The position numbers were made by a program, and so were the translations under genes. Positions 51,803 to 61,959 of a DNA stretch of 64,000 nucleotides are shown in pieces (the first letter of the stretch is position 1; each line of letters begins with the position of its first letter). This DNA comes from Candidatus Poribacteria bacterium (GTDB lineage: Bacteria; Poribacteria; WGA-4E; WGA-3G): contig CAXXUA010000013.1 of assembly GCA_963663765.2 (NCBI GenBank), positions 1 to 64,000 of the forward strand. The letters are read 5' to 3'. The notes beneath the pieces were generated by a model. It was not told the origin of the DNA. It ran no database searches and saw only the letters and a program-made list of their open reading frames with translations.

Positions 51803-53041
51803 ATGTCCATACAAGCATATATTAAGGACAAACAAGAATCCTTGTGCCGTCTACTACAAGAACTTGTCAGAATCCCTACCGTTAATCCACCAGGAGAAAA
51901 CTATACAGAGATGGTGGAACTTCTTGAGGAAAAGTGCAAGACAATGGGTATGAAAACAAAGGTGGTAAAGGTACCAAAACGACGTGCTGATCAGGTAATT
52001 TCAAACAGCAAAACTCATCCCCGATTAAACCTCATTGCAAGGTGGGATGTCGGTGCCAAAAGGACAGTCCATTTCAATGCACATTACGATGTTGTACCTA
52101 TTGCAGGTGAATGGCGGTTTGGAGACCCGTTCAGTGCCAAAATTGAAGGTGATTGGCTGTATGGACGCGGTGCCGATGACATGAAGGATAGCATCGCTGC
52201 ACTGCTATTTGCAATCCAAACTATTCAAGAATACAAACTTGAACCTTCCTTTAACATTGAATGCTCGTTTACTTGTGATGAGGAAACAGGAGGACAATTA
52301 GGTGCTGGGTATATTGTCGAAAAGGGATTAGTCAAAGCGGACTACGTTGTCAACTGTGAAGGTGGAACAGAAATGAACATCGGCAACGGACACAACGGTG
52401 TACTCTGGTTAGAAATTGAAGTCCAGGGGAAAGCAGCACACGCTTCTCAACCAGACAAAGGCGTAAATGCTTTTGAGAAGACTGCTGAACTTGTGTTTGC
52501 ACTCCAAAGAATTAAAAGAGATTTAAAATCAAATACACGAGCATTTAAATTACGCGATGGGAATGAACGCTTTCCAACTATGAACATCGGCGGAACGTTC
52601 CATGGAACCGAAGGAGATAAAGTTAATACGGTCCCCGCACATCTCACGTTCTCAATTGACCGAAGAGTTACCCCTAATGAAAAACTGGAATTAGCAGAAC
52701 TTGAACTGCGCGAAGCAATTTTAGGTGCTTGTGATTACTATGAAAATCTTAAAGCAGAAATGAAAACTATCCTACGCATTGAGCCTTGTCTCACAAATAC
52801 AGAGTCCGTGTTAGCAGAAAAATTTGCAGATGCTGTGCGTACTGTACGTTACAACCAACCGAAGTTCAAAAGCACGGCAGGATTCACAGACCTACACTAT
52901 TTTGTAAATGCAGGTATACCGGGAATAGGCTACGGTCCGCGCGGGGAAGGCGGACATGCAATAAATGAACGAGTCTATATTCCCGATCTGGTACGAACTT
53001 GTGCTATATACGCCATTTTTATGACACGCTCGGAATTATAA
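51803..53041 (+). CDS. M20 family ArgE/DapE-like deacylase
   Basis: IPTVNPPG, FNAHYDVVP, GRGADDMK, DEETGG, GKAAHAS, H-x-x-NE. Confidence 0.92.
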   Translation: MSIQAYIKDKQESLCRLLQELVRIPTVNPPGENYTEMVELLEEKCKTMGMKTKVVKVPKRRADQVISNSKTHPRLNLIARWDVGAKRTVHFNAHYDVVPIAGEWRFGDPFSAKIEGDWLYGRGADDMKDSIAALLFAIQTIQEYKLEPSFNIECSFTCDEETGGQLGAGYIVEKGLVKADYVVNCEGGTEMNIGNGHNGVLWLEIEVQGKAAHASQPDKGVNAFEKTAELVFALQRIKRDLKSNTRAFKLRDGNERFPTMNIGGTFHGTEGDKVNTVPAHLTFSIDRRVTPNEKLELAELELREAILGACDYYENLKAEMKTILRIEPCLTNTESVLAEKFADAVRTVRYNQPKFKSTAGFTDLHYFVNAGIPGIGYGPRGEGGHAINERVYIPDLVRTCAIYAIFMTRSEL

Positions 53042-53057
53042 TCAAGGAGTTACATCA

Positions 53058-55256
53058 TTGCCTAACCCAAAACCAGCACCTTTGAACGTTATACCTGAAG
53101 ACCCAACAGGAGATACTTGGGCATTACCGGAAGACGCAATTGCACGATTTGGAAAAGGCACACATACTCGTCACGCAAATTTGGGTGATGTTGCCCTTTC
53201 TCCTGATGGTAGACATTTTGTTGCTAGGACCAACATGGGGTTGTGGTGGTATGATGTGTCGTCCATGTTGCCAATCGCCTTGTGGGAAACGGAACGAGGC
53301 TTAATCATGGCGGTTGATTTTTCCCCAAACGGAAAGTGGATTGTTACCGCTAATTGGGATGGCGAAATTAAAATATTAGATGTTGAGAGCGGAGAATGCG
53401 TAGCAAAAGTAAAACACTACATGTATTCATCTGTCCACTGTATTGGATTTTCACCAGACAGTAGGTGGATTGCTACGGACAATCAAAACGGTGAGATTGA
53501 GGTGTTAGATGTTCAACGAGACATGCACGTCACAAAAATGGAATTAGAACCAGCTGATCCTTTTGGGGAACACGATGAAAAAGACGAACTTAAATTTTCA
53601 CCTGACGGGCAATATCTTGCTGTAACAGGAATTCCATTGCGCAGTTCACGACATGAAAAGGGAGTATCTGTTGTTGCTTATGAACTTTCGCAAACTATTA
53701 TCTGGGATCCGAAGACTGGCAAACAAATAGCCAAATTTCCCTGCAGTAAATTTGCATTTTCACCAGACAGTCGTCTGATTGCAGGCGCGAGTTCAGACGG
53801 TAGTAGTGATAAGACATATTGTTCACACCATCACTCCATTTCAGTATGGGAGATAGCAACGGGGAAACGCATCGCATGCTTGCAAGGAAACAAACCTTGG
53901 ATTGATGCTGTTACCTTTTCACCGTGTGGTCAGTTTCTTACGTCATGTGATAGAGGCGGAACATTACGCATGTGGGAACTGGCAACTGGTAAGCTAAATA
54001 AGAATTATATATACTCAGAAAATGTTTCAAAGAATTTGATTGTGAAATTATTGCACTGGATGAGTAAAAAGATTGATTCAAAAAACGCTGGATGGATCAT
54101 GCCTCGGGTTGAACCATTCTATTCGCAGAAAGGCACGTTATACGCTGCCGTTTTACCCCGTAAAACTGATATTATTGAAGTATGGGATGTTGACCGCAAT
54201 GAAAAACTACGCACTTATGAACGGCAAACGGAAAGCATCGGTGCTGTCTGGTTTTCAGAATGTCCACAATTGGCAATAGTCCACACACTTTCTGATAAAG
54301 GAAAGACATCCGTTAAAACGCACACATTTTTGACATTGCGTGAACCTACCTGTTTTCCAGAACCGATAGTATTTTCACCGGATGGAAAGACTTTAGCAAG
54401 TACAGGAGTCTGGAATGGTATTATAATATGGGACGTTGAACGCAAGCAAGCACAGAAAGGATTAATGAAAGATGGACATATTTGTTCTTTCACATTTTTA
54501 GATAACGGTAGTCTGCTTGCGGCTGACAGATTTAATGAAAATTCACTTAAGATATGGAATTTGGGTAAACAATCCAAGTTAATTGCTCGTTTCTCAATCC
54601 GTAGATTAGGAGCTCATGTCGTATTCGCTACAACAGGTGATCGAATTGCAATGCTGCGTATCAAGTCTAACAAAGAACGTAGTGATGAGCAAACACTCTA
54701 TATTTGGAATTTTCAATCTCGCAAAAAGATTGAAGTGGACACAAGACATAAGGATTACATTCCTTGTATGATGTTTTCTAAGGATGGGAGTCGATTGGTT
54801 ACAGGTAGTTGGAATGGAATTGCCCAATTATGGGATGTTAATACTGGTGAAGAAATTGCCACAGCAGAAACCGGTCAAACAATTCGGACAATAACCTATT
54901 CTCAGTGTGGCAGTATAATTGCTGGTGGAATTGAGGGCGAAATTCGTTTGTGGTGTGCTGAAAGATTGAGCCTCATTCGGACGATACCGCAACCTGGGAA
55001 CAACCGACAACCGTATGCACTCGCTTTTTCTTCATGTGGTCGGTATCTTGCCTCTGGGAGTTGGTGGGAGCATGGAATGAAAAAAACAACAATCCGTTTA
55101 TGGAATGTTGAAACCGCCGAAAATATCCATACATTTTGTGGACATAACACAGACGTACAATCCCTTGCATTCTCTCCAAATGGCAAACTTCTGGCAAGTG
55201 GCGGATATGATGGTATTATCCTGTTATGGGATTTAATACCTTTTATAGATATGTAA
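53058..55256 (+). CDS. Divergent cytoplasmic WD40-repeat protein
   Basis: TWALPEDAIARFGKG N-terminus; FSPDG/FSPCG...WD repeats; GH-x-x-DVQSLAFSPNG. Confidence 0.9.
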   Translation: MPNPKPAPLNVIPEDPTGDTWALPEDAIARFGKGTHTRHANLGDVALSPDGRHFVARTNMGLWWYDVSSMLPIALWETERGLIMAVDFSPNGKWIVTANWDGEIKILDVESGECVAKVKHYMYSSVHCIGFSPDSRWIATDNQNGEIEVLDVQRDMHVTKMELEPADPFGEHDEKDELKFSPDGQYLAVTGIPLRSSRHEKGVSVVAYELSQTIIWDPKTGKQIAKFPCSKFAFSPDSRLIAGASSDGSSDKTYCSHHHSISVWEIATGKRIACLQGNKPWIDAVTFSPCGQFLTSCDRGGTLRMWELATGKLNKNYIYSENVSKNLIVKLLHWMSKKIDSKNAGWIMPRVEPFYSQKGTLYAAVLPRKTDIIEVWDVDRNEKLRTYERQTESIGAVWFSECPQLAIVHTLSDKGKTSVKTHTFLTLREPTCFPEPIVFSPDGKTLASTGVWNGIIIWDVERKQAQKGLMKDGHICSFTFLDNGSLLAADRFNENSLKIWNLGKQSKLIARFSIRRLGAHVVFATTGDRIAMLRIKSNKERSDEQTLYIWNFQSRKKIEVDTRHKDYIPCMMFSKDGSRLVTGSWNGIAQLWDVNTGEEIATAETGQTIRTITYSQCGSIIAGGIEGEIRLWCAERLSLIRTIPQPGNNRQPYALAFSSCGRYLASGSWWEHGMKKTTIRLWNVETAENIHTFCGHNTDVQSLAFSPNGKLLASGGYDGIILLWDLIPFIDM

Positions 55257-55399
55257 AGAATTTGCTAAGCTTCTATCTGGCGTAATCATGATGCTGTCCA
55301 ATTTATTATGACTACTTATGTTGTATTCTATCCTCAAAACATGCTATCATCTTTATATCACATTTGTGTACATATCCACTGTAGAGGAAACTTATCACT

Positions 55400-56548
55400 A
55401 TGATTGTTAATCGACTTATCGTAAAAAACTGGAGAAATTTTCAGCAAATAAATGTTCCTTTGAGAGAACGAATATTTATCGTAGGTCCAAATGCCTCGGG
55501 TAAATCTAATTTGCTGGACATTTTCCGCTTTCTTCGTGATATTGCTAAAGCGGAAGGTGGAGGAATCCAGAAAGCAGTTAAAGATCGCGGTGGTGTTTCC
55601 AAAATTCGGTGTTTAGCAGCCCAACGTGACCCCAAAGTTGAGATTGAGATCCACATTGCTGATACACCAGATGCACCCGCAACATGGCGATATAGCATTG
55701 GATTCCATCAAGAGAAATATCAAGAAGGTCCCGCTTATCTCACCTATGAACGAGTTTGGCGAGAAGGAGAATTACTGCTAAATAGACCGGATTCGGAGGA
55801 TAACGAAGACCCAGACCGTCTTATCCAAACAGCCCTTGAACAGAACGCTGCCAATGCAAAGTTCCGGGAAATCGGAAAATTCCTTAGAAATGTTAAATAT
55901 CTTCATTTAGTACCGCAATTTATCCGCTATTCGGATGTAATTCAAGGCAAGATAATTGAAGATGATCCATTTGGACAAGGATTTCTTCAAAGAGTAGCAA
56001 GTACACATCACAGCACCCGTCGATCACGTCTTAAAAGGATTGAACGGACGTTGAAACTTGCTATACCGCAGTTTGAGAAATTGGAATTTGTTCGGGATAA
56101 AAACACAGGACACCCACATTTACAAGCACGATATGAACATTGGCATTCAAGTGAAACAACACATCAAGAAGATCAATTCTCTGATGGAATGCTTCGACTT
56201 ATTGGATTGATGTGGTCCCTTCTTGAAAACGACTCTATAATTCTGTTAGAAGAACCTGAACTTTCATTAAACCTTGGAATTGTTGCACAACTTGCCCCTT
56301 TGATATCTAATATGCAAAAGGATAGACGATGTCAAGTGTTAACCAGCACACAAAGTGACACACTCCTTATAGAACCTGGTATTGATGGTTCAGAAGTGAT
56401 TCTGCTTATGACTACAAAAAACGGAACTGAAGTTAAACCTTCCTCTGATTCTGATACGGTGTGTACACTTCTAAAGAATGGCGTTACAGTAGGTGAAATT
56501 GTCATGACAAGATGTCCAAAAGAATCGAGTCTATTAGAATGGCATTAA
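55400..56548 (+). CDS. ABC-type (AAA_21/SMC-like) ATPase
   Basis: GPNASGKSN Walker A, FSDGMLRL signature, LLEEPE Walker B. Confidence 0.88.
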   Translation: MIVNRLIVKNWRNFQQINVPLRERIFIVGPNASGKSNLLDIFRFLRDIAKAEGGGIQKAVKDRGGVSKIRCLAAQRDPKVEIEIHIADTPDAPATWRYSIGFHQEKYQEGPAYLTYERVWREGELLLNRPDSEDNEDPDRLIQTALEQNAANAKFREIGKFLRNVKYLHLVPQFIRYSDVIQGKIIEDDPFGQGFLQRVASTHHSTRRSRLKRIERTLKLAIPQFEKLEFVRDKNTGHPHLQARYEHWHSSETTHQEDQFSDGMLRLIGLMWSLLENDSIILLEEPELSLNLGIVAQLAPLISNMQKDRRCQVLTSTQSDTLLIEPGIDGSEVILLMTTKNGTEVKPSSDSDTVCTLLKNGVTVGEIVMTRCPKESSLLEWH

Positions 56549-57168
56549 ACAACGTAATTCTTGCAATTGAGGATAGACTCAGTGATGTTGTTGCTACTAA
56601 AATTCTTAATCATTTCGGTGGTGAAATTATACAAAAAGCTGGATATAAGGGTAATTCTTACCTTCAACAGAAAGCACAAAGTTTCAATAAAGGAGCTCGC
56701 AAAGAATGTAGTATCTTTATGTTGACAGATTTAGACTCTCCTCAAGATTGCCCTCCAGGACTCATTCAATCTTGGATTAGAGGTCCACTTAATCCATATT
56801 TCTTGATTCGTGTGGCAGTCATGGAGGTTGAATCTTGGGTGATGGCAGATAGAGTAGGATTTGCTAATTTCCTATCTATACCTATACATCGAATTCCATC
56901 ACCGACAGTCGACATCCTTAACCCTAAAGAATTTTTGGTATCGTTAGCACGAAAGAGTCAAAAGAAAAGAGTACGTCAAGCATTAGTTCCAGGACCAGGT
57001 ACAAACCTTTCTGTTGGACCACAATATAACGAGTATTTAAGTGATTTTATACAAGACCATTGGAATTTAGAACGCGCTGCAACCGTATCTCCATCTCTAA
57101 AACGCACTATAGACCGACTCACACAAGAAATGGTGACAAATGAACAAGAAATTCCAACGCAACATTGA
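56539..57168 (+). CDS. DUF4276-like TOPRIM-fold protein
   Basis: ILAIED, LTDLD, CPP, VAVMEVESWVMAD, SPSL; overlaps the ATPase stop. Confidence 0.78.
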   Translation: MALNNVILAIEDRLSDVVATKILNHFGGEIIQKAGYKGNSYLQQKAQSFNKGARKECSIFMLTDLDSPQDCPPGLIQSWIRGPLNPYFLIRVAVMEVESWVMADRVGFANFLSIPIHRIPSPTVDILNPKEFLVSLARKSQKKRVRQALVPGPGTNLSVGPQYNEYLSDFIQDHWNLERAATVSPSLKRTIDRLTQEMVTNEQEIPTQH

Positions 57169-57436
57169 AGACTTTACATGCAGCAATTGCGGTCATTTCG
57201 TAAAAGGAAACGGCTATACCAACCACTGTACAGAATGCCTATGGAGTCAACACGTAGATGTCAATCCAGGTGACCGCGCCGAAACTTGTAAAGGTCTAAT
57301 GGAACCTATTGGGTTCGGATTAAAACAAAGTAAATACATTCTTATTCATCATTGCACAAATTGTGGTATAATAAAAAAGAATAAAACATCAGAAGATGAT
57401 AACTTTGATGCAATTCTAAAACTACAAGGAGTATAA
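57140..57436 (+). CDS. RNHCP domain zinc-binding protein
   Basis: F-x-C-x-x-CG...TNHC-x-x-CLWS-x-HVD-x-x-PGDR...C-x-GLMEP...H-x-C-x-x-CG. Confidence 0.9.
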   Translation: MNKKFQRNIEDFTCSNCGHFVKGNGYTNHCTECLWSQHVDVNPGDRAETCKGLMEPIGFGLKQSKYILIHHCTNCGIIKKNKTSEDDNFDAILKLQGV

Positions 57437-57437
57437 G

Positions 57438-58337
57438 ATGGGAACAAAGGGCATAATATCAATCATTTCTATCGTCATTGCTGTTTTCGCTGCCATCGTT
57501 CTGAGTGTGCTGCTATATACAACTTCCGAAGAACTCAAGGAAACACAAACAGAATTGTCTTCAACACAAACAACATTACAGACTACTGAAACAGAAAAAA
57601 CAGCATTAGAAACAAAGTTAACAAAAACTGAGAAGAACCTGAAAGACACACAAACTGAACTTAACCAAACAAAAGAAATCCTGGAAAATGCAAGTGAAGC
57701 TACCAAAAAAATTGCTGCTGAGAGAAACAAATTACAACAAGACAAGAGCAGCCTTGAAACCGAAAAAAACAACCTAAGAACAAAATTGAATGAGATTGAA
57801 GCGGAATTAAAACGTATACGTGATCAATCACAAAAGTCAATCGCATCTATTCAAGAAAGGTTCAAAGATTCGGTCGGGGCAGTACTGGATGAAGCAGGAA
57901 GGCTAACACTTGATGTTAAAGGTAAAATCTTGTTTGAAACAGGGAGTGCAAAACTTAGCAAAGAAGGCAAAGAACTTCTTGACGCAATTGCAGAAGAAGT
58001 TCTATTAAATACAGAATACTCAGAATATGATATACGGATTGAAGGACATACAGACAACAACCCAATCGCCGGGGATGAACTACGCAACTGGGACCTATCC
58101 ACTGACCGATCAATTGCTGCTGTCAAATATCTACAACACAATGCCAAAATTGAACCTGAACGGCTAACTGCAACGGGATATGCATTCTATCAACCTATAG
58201 ATAAAGCAGATACTGAGGAAGCAAAAGCAAAAAATAGACGGATTGAGATTATCCTCGTTCCACCACAAGATTTCTCATCAGAGCTGCTCAAATCACTTCA
58301 AAATGTCATGCAAACAATTGATGCAAACGTGGAGTAA
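57438..58337 (+). CDS. OmpA/MotB-family peptidoglycan-binding protein with coiled-coil stalk
   Basis: N-terminal TM, coiled coil, ILFETGSA-x-L, IEGHTDN, NWDLS, NRRIEI. Confidence 0.88.
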   Translation: MGTKGIISIISIVIAVFAAIVLSVLLYTTSEELKETQTELSSTQTTLQTTETEKTALETKLTKTEKNLKDTQTELNQTKEILENASEATKKIAAERNKLQQDKSSLETEKNNLRTKLNEIEAELKRIRDQSQKSIASIQERFKDSVGAVLDEAGRLTLDVKGKILFETGSAKLSKEGKELLDAIAEEVLLNTEYSEYDIRIEGHTDNNPIAGDELRNWDLSTDRSIAAVKYLQHNAKIEPERLTATGYAFYQPIDKADTEEAKAKNRRIEIILVPPQDFSSELLKSLQNVMQTIDANVE

Positions 58338-58382
58338 AGAGCATTTTTCAAGTATTGCAGAACTATTCAATTGTCACTTACA

Positions 58383-58671
58383 TCTCTTGTGGGAGGGGTT
58401 TTCAACCCCGATTTTTTAGTGCATTTCCGCTCAAATCGGGGTTGAAAACCCCTCCCACAAGAGAAAATGCAAACAATATTTTCTTAAATTGACGCTTATG
58501 GTGCGGTTTCCTAACCGCACCTGATTTCAACAGAACAAGATAAATCCTGTTAATTTGGTATTACATCTCTTGTGGGAGGGGTTTGTAACCCCGATAATTT
58601 TGGTAGGAACGACCCGGGGAATGCCATAAGGCATTCATACCGTTGATTAACCGGTCGCTCCTACCAAAATT
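58383..58671. repeat. Cluster of REP doublets from three families between convergent genes
   Basis: tctcttgtgggaggggttttcaaccccgattt IR pair (58383-58464); ggtgcggtttcctaaccgcacc (~58500); ggtaggaacgacc...ggtcgctcctacc (~58601-58665). Confidence 0.85.
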
Positions 58672-59473
58672 ATTGTACTGATGTCCGCTTTGACTGACCC
58701 GCAAGTTTTGCTGCTTGAAGCGCAAGCCGTTTTGCACTTTCAATCTGACCCATCATCTCAGCATTCGACCACGAGACAGAAGTAAGAAACCGTATTTCTT
58801 CAGATTTGTTCACGGTTTCAACCCCAAGAGCAACACGTAAACCACTATCAGCAATATGCTGCAAACCTGCGTTTACACCGTTACCGTCATATTCCATACT
58901 CAAGACGATTCTTCCTCTTGTAAATGCAGGATCAAATTCAGTACTTATACCAGCAAAAACACCGACAGGACGATCTTCATACGCAAAACGATGATTACCT
59001 ATACCAAAATGACCTGAAATCAAGTGGATTCGGGGGAGATTAAATGTCTTGCTAACACACAGGAAAGCTGACTGAGATTGGTAAGTTTCCCAACTGGTAT
59101 CTAATTTATCACCGAGATTCTCAATACCAATTGCAACATGTGGAATTGCCCCTGATTCTTTTAATAATTGTGCTTTTACATGTGCCAAAGCATAGTTAGT
59201 ATGCTTACTTTCACGTGGCATTAAATTGGATAATCCGAATTCAACGCGGTCATACATGCCAAAGTTGACACGAAATACAATTGAATCATGGCGTAAACCT
59301 GATTCATTCTTAAATGAGGTATACACACCTGCACCAAAAATCCCATGATCTAACACCTTTCCTGATGGTATATCTACAAAACCGGTATCAGTAAATATTT
59401 CAGAAGATACAATATCAGAAACCATGAAGGGCAAAAAAAGCAACAAGGTGACAAGCAATAGGTGTCGAAGCAT
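58670..59473 (-). CDS. YjbH-like outer-membrane protein
   Basis: Signal peptide; TGFVDIPS, AHVKAQLLKE..P-x-VAIG, GVFAGI, EYDG-x-x-VNAG. Confidence 0.65.
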   Translation of the reverse strand: MLRHLLLVTLLLFLPFMVSDIVSSEIFTDTGFVDIPSGKVLDHGIFGAGVYTSFKNESGLRHDSIVFRVNFGMYDRVEFGLSNLMPRESKHTNYALAHVKAQLLKESGAIPHVAIGIENLGDKLDTSWETYQSQSAFLCVSKTFNLPRIHLISGHFGIGNHRFAYEDRPVGVFAGISTEFDPAFTRGRIVLSMEYDGNGVNAGLQHIADSGLRVALGVETVNKSEEIRFLTSVSWSNAEMMGQIESAKRLALQAAKLAGQSKRTSVQ

Positions 59474-59478
59474 TGCGA

Positions 59479-60159
59479 TTATTCCAAGTAGTGAATACCG
59501 TTTGAAGTTCCAACAAACACTTTGTCTGCAAGCTTAACAAATATACCATTCTCAACGACACCAGGAATATTGTTCAATTGCTGCTCAACTAACTCTGGTC
59601 TCGGTATACCATCAAAGTGACAATCCAATATATAATTACCGTTAACAGTGATCAATGGATTGACAATACCCCCTCGTATATCTGATTCCACACAAATTTT
59701 ATTGACTACACGTTGCGTTGCTTCCCAGCCAAACTTAACAATTTCCACTGGGAGCGCAAAAGAAGTACCAACTATACGTGAAACCTTACTTTCATCAACA
59801 ACAATCAGAATTCGTTCCGATGCATTAGCAATGATCTTTTCTCGAACTAAAGCAGCACCCCCACCTTTAATTAGATTTAAGTGTGGGTCCACTTCATCTG
59901 CTCCGTCAATTGTCAAATCTATCGATGAATATACTGAAAGCGATGACAAAGGGATACCTTGTTCTACTGCGATTTTCTCCGTACCATCCGAGGTAGGAAT
60001 ACCAATTATATTCACCCCGTTTTTCACCATCTGTCCAATCTTTAACAACGCATAGTAGACCGTGGAGCCTGTCCCCAATCCTAATATCATGCCATCTTCT
60101 ATCTCTTCAGTGGCTTTTTCTGCTGCTATTTTTTTCAAGTGTTCTCTGTTCATGCCCAA
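59479..60159 (-). CDS. rpiA: Ribose-5-phosphate isomerase A
   Basis: [23 protein letters not shown]-x-[12 protein letters not shown]. Confidence 0.96.
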   Translation of the reverse strand: MGMNREHLKKIAAEKATEEIEDGMILGLGTGSTVYYALLKIGQMVKNGVNIIGIPTSDGTEKIAVEQGIPLSSLSVYSSIDLTIDGADEVDPHLNLIKGGGAALVREKIIANASERILIVVDESKVSRIVGTSFALPVEIVKFGWEATQRVVNKICVESDIRGGIVNPLITVNGNYILDCHFDGIPRPELVEQQLNNIPGVVENGIFVKLADKVFVGTSNGIHYLE

Positions 60160-61367
60160 CCTTGACTTTCGCCACCAATACGTTCCTTACTGATCTTCTC
60201 ATAATAACCGCTCTTTCGATATGCAGCCAACGGATGTGGATCACGACCCATCTCCAAACGAACCTCTTCCAATAGCGGATTCACATCGGTTTCATAAGCA
60301 CGTTGGATGATGCTTTCTGCTTCTACCAAGTCTTCTGCTTCCTGTGCTTCTGATAACGCTTCCCGATCAACTAACAGTGCCTTCGCATAAGCTTTCTGTA
60401 GATTACATACAGACTGTATACTCGCTTCAACCTTCGGTTTCAAATTATGACTCTGGTCTATCATATAGGCTATGTCTGTTTCCGTTTCTGGATCAAGCTC
60501 AGCTGCAACAAGTTCTGTATAAATTAGGAAGAGTTCCTGTGGATTGATAGAACCTACCGTCAAGTCATCATCTGCATACTTGCGGCAGTTGAAATGGAAA
60601 CCACCAAGTTTGCTTTCATCAATCAAGTATGCAACGATAAACTCAATATTTGTGCCTTGCGGATGGTGTCCAAGGTCAACAAGTACCTGTGCTTTTGCTC
60701 CAAGTTTCGTTGCCATTAAATAAGCAGTACCCCAATCAGCCAAATCCGTGTGGTAAAATGCTGGTTCAAAGAACTTATACTCAATCAACATGCGTGAGTC
60801 TGCTGGAAGTACATCGTAGACCTCACTCAATGCTTCTGTCATCCACTGTTTGCGTTGCCGAAAGTTGGCTTGACCGGGAAAGTTTGTCCCATCAGCAAAC
60901 CACAAACTTAGCAAATCTGAACCCGTTTTCTTCATTATATCAACACATTCCAACATGTGATCTATAGCAAGTCTCCGCACCTCTGCCCTTGGATTGCACA
61001 CACTACCAAGTTTATAGACCTGATCCTGAAATACGTTAGGATTAATCGCACCAATTCCGATGCCAACATCTGCAGCATACTGCTTCAACGCACCCCAATC
61101 GTCTGTCTTGTCCCAAGGAATGTGTAGCGCTACAGTCGGCGCAACACCAGTAAAACGGTGCACAGTCGCAGCATCCTCTAACCGTTCCGCTGCATTTCTC
61201 GCCGCACCTGCTTGTTCAAAAACACCAAAACGTGTACCAGAATTACCATAACCCCAAGATGGTGTCTCAATATGTTGTTGCTTCAGGTGAGTCTTTACTT
61301 CATCCGCCTGAATTCCCTGTTTTTCTAAGGTTTCTGCTAACAAATTATACGCAGGATTATTACTCAT
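60150..61367 (-). CDS. rhaI: L-rhamnose isomerase (RhaI type)
   Basis: [47 protein letters not shown]. Confidence 0.9.
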   Translation of the reverse strand: MSNNPAYNLLAETLEKQGIQADEVKTHLKQQHIETPSWGYGNSGTRFGVFEQAGAARNAAERLEDAATVHRFTGVAPTVALHIPWDKTDDWGALKQYAADVGIGIGAINPNVFQDQVYKLGSVCNPRAEVRRLAIDHMLECVDIMKKTGSDLLSLWFADGTNFPGQANFRQRKQWMTEALSEVYDVLPADSRMLIEYKFFEPAFYHTDLADWGTAYLMATKLGAKAQVLVDLGHHPQGTNIEFIVAYLIDESKLGGFHFNCRKYADDDLTVGSINPQELFLIYTELVAAELDPETETDIAYMIDQSHNLKPKVEASIQSVCNLQKAYAKALLVDREALSEAQEAEDLVEAESIIQRAYETDVNPLLEEVRLEMGRDPHPLAAYRKSGYYEKISKERIGGESQGWA

Positions 61368-61747
61368 GTATCTCCTCTCAATCGCTCATGAATTTCTGTG
61401 AATTATAACATAGTAACGATCTATTAGTAAAGTGTTTTTCAGATAATGTCTGTGTAAAGTTCTTAAGCATGGTGTTGTCTGATTCACAGTTGTAACGGAT
61501 TACGCGGATAGAATCTTTGACTAAAGTGATATACTACTCAATAAACATCATATAAGCAATACGATCTATGGTAGATGAATTATCCGCGTTCTCTGTGTAA
61601 TCCGCGTAATCCGCGATTCTGTCTGTGAAAAACGTACACATCCCACTTGATTTTTAATTTGCGTTATTTCTGTTAACTGTGATATAATATATTTATGATA
61701 ATATTTTGAATTCTATTGCTACGAAATTCTTCTATTTGAAATATAAT

Positions 61748-61776
61748 TTGACTTGATTACGTATTTAAGTTAGAAT
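61748..61776 (+). promoter_or_regulatory. Sigma70-type promoter for the cohesin/spondin gene
   Basis: TTGACT, 17 bp spacer, TAGAAT; implies a ~175-nt 5' leader. Confidence 0.6.
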
Positions 61777-61802
61777 AAATTTATCCCATAAGTGTATAAA
61801 CA

Positions 61803-61917
61803 CGTTTGAGCGATTCACCTGTGTCGTATTTTCGGTGATACTTAGGCGCGCATGATTCCCGATGGTTTGCGGTGATTTCTTCTCTCAAACGACTATTAAA
61901 ACCTGTACCGAAAGGTA
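61803..61917 (+). ncRNA. Candidate structured 5' leader RNA
   Basis: cgtttgag/ctcaaacg and tcacc/ggtga closing stems, internal hairpins, then tacc-GAAA-ggta. Confidence 0.4.
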
Positions 61918-61959
61918 GAGAAAACAATATATTGTAAATGAATTAGTAAGGAGTGTTTT

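Noticed and set aside
61803-61917. tRNA (including tRNA-Sec) or a known riboswitch
   Set aside because: No TpsiC/D-arm consensus or CCA end, and no aptamer consensus I can recognise; kept only as an unknown structured leader.
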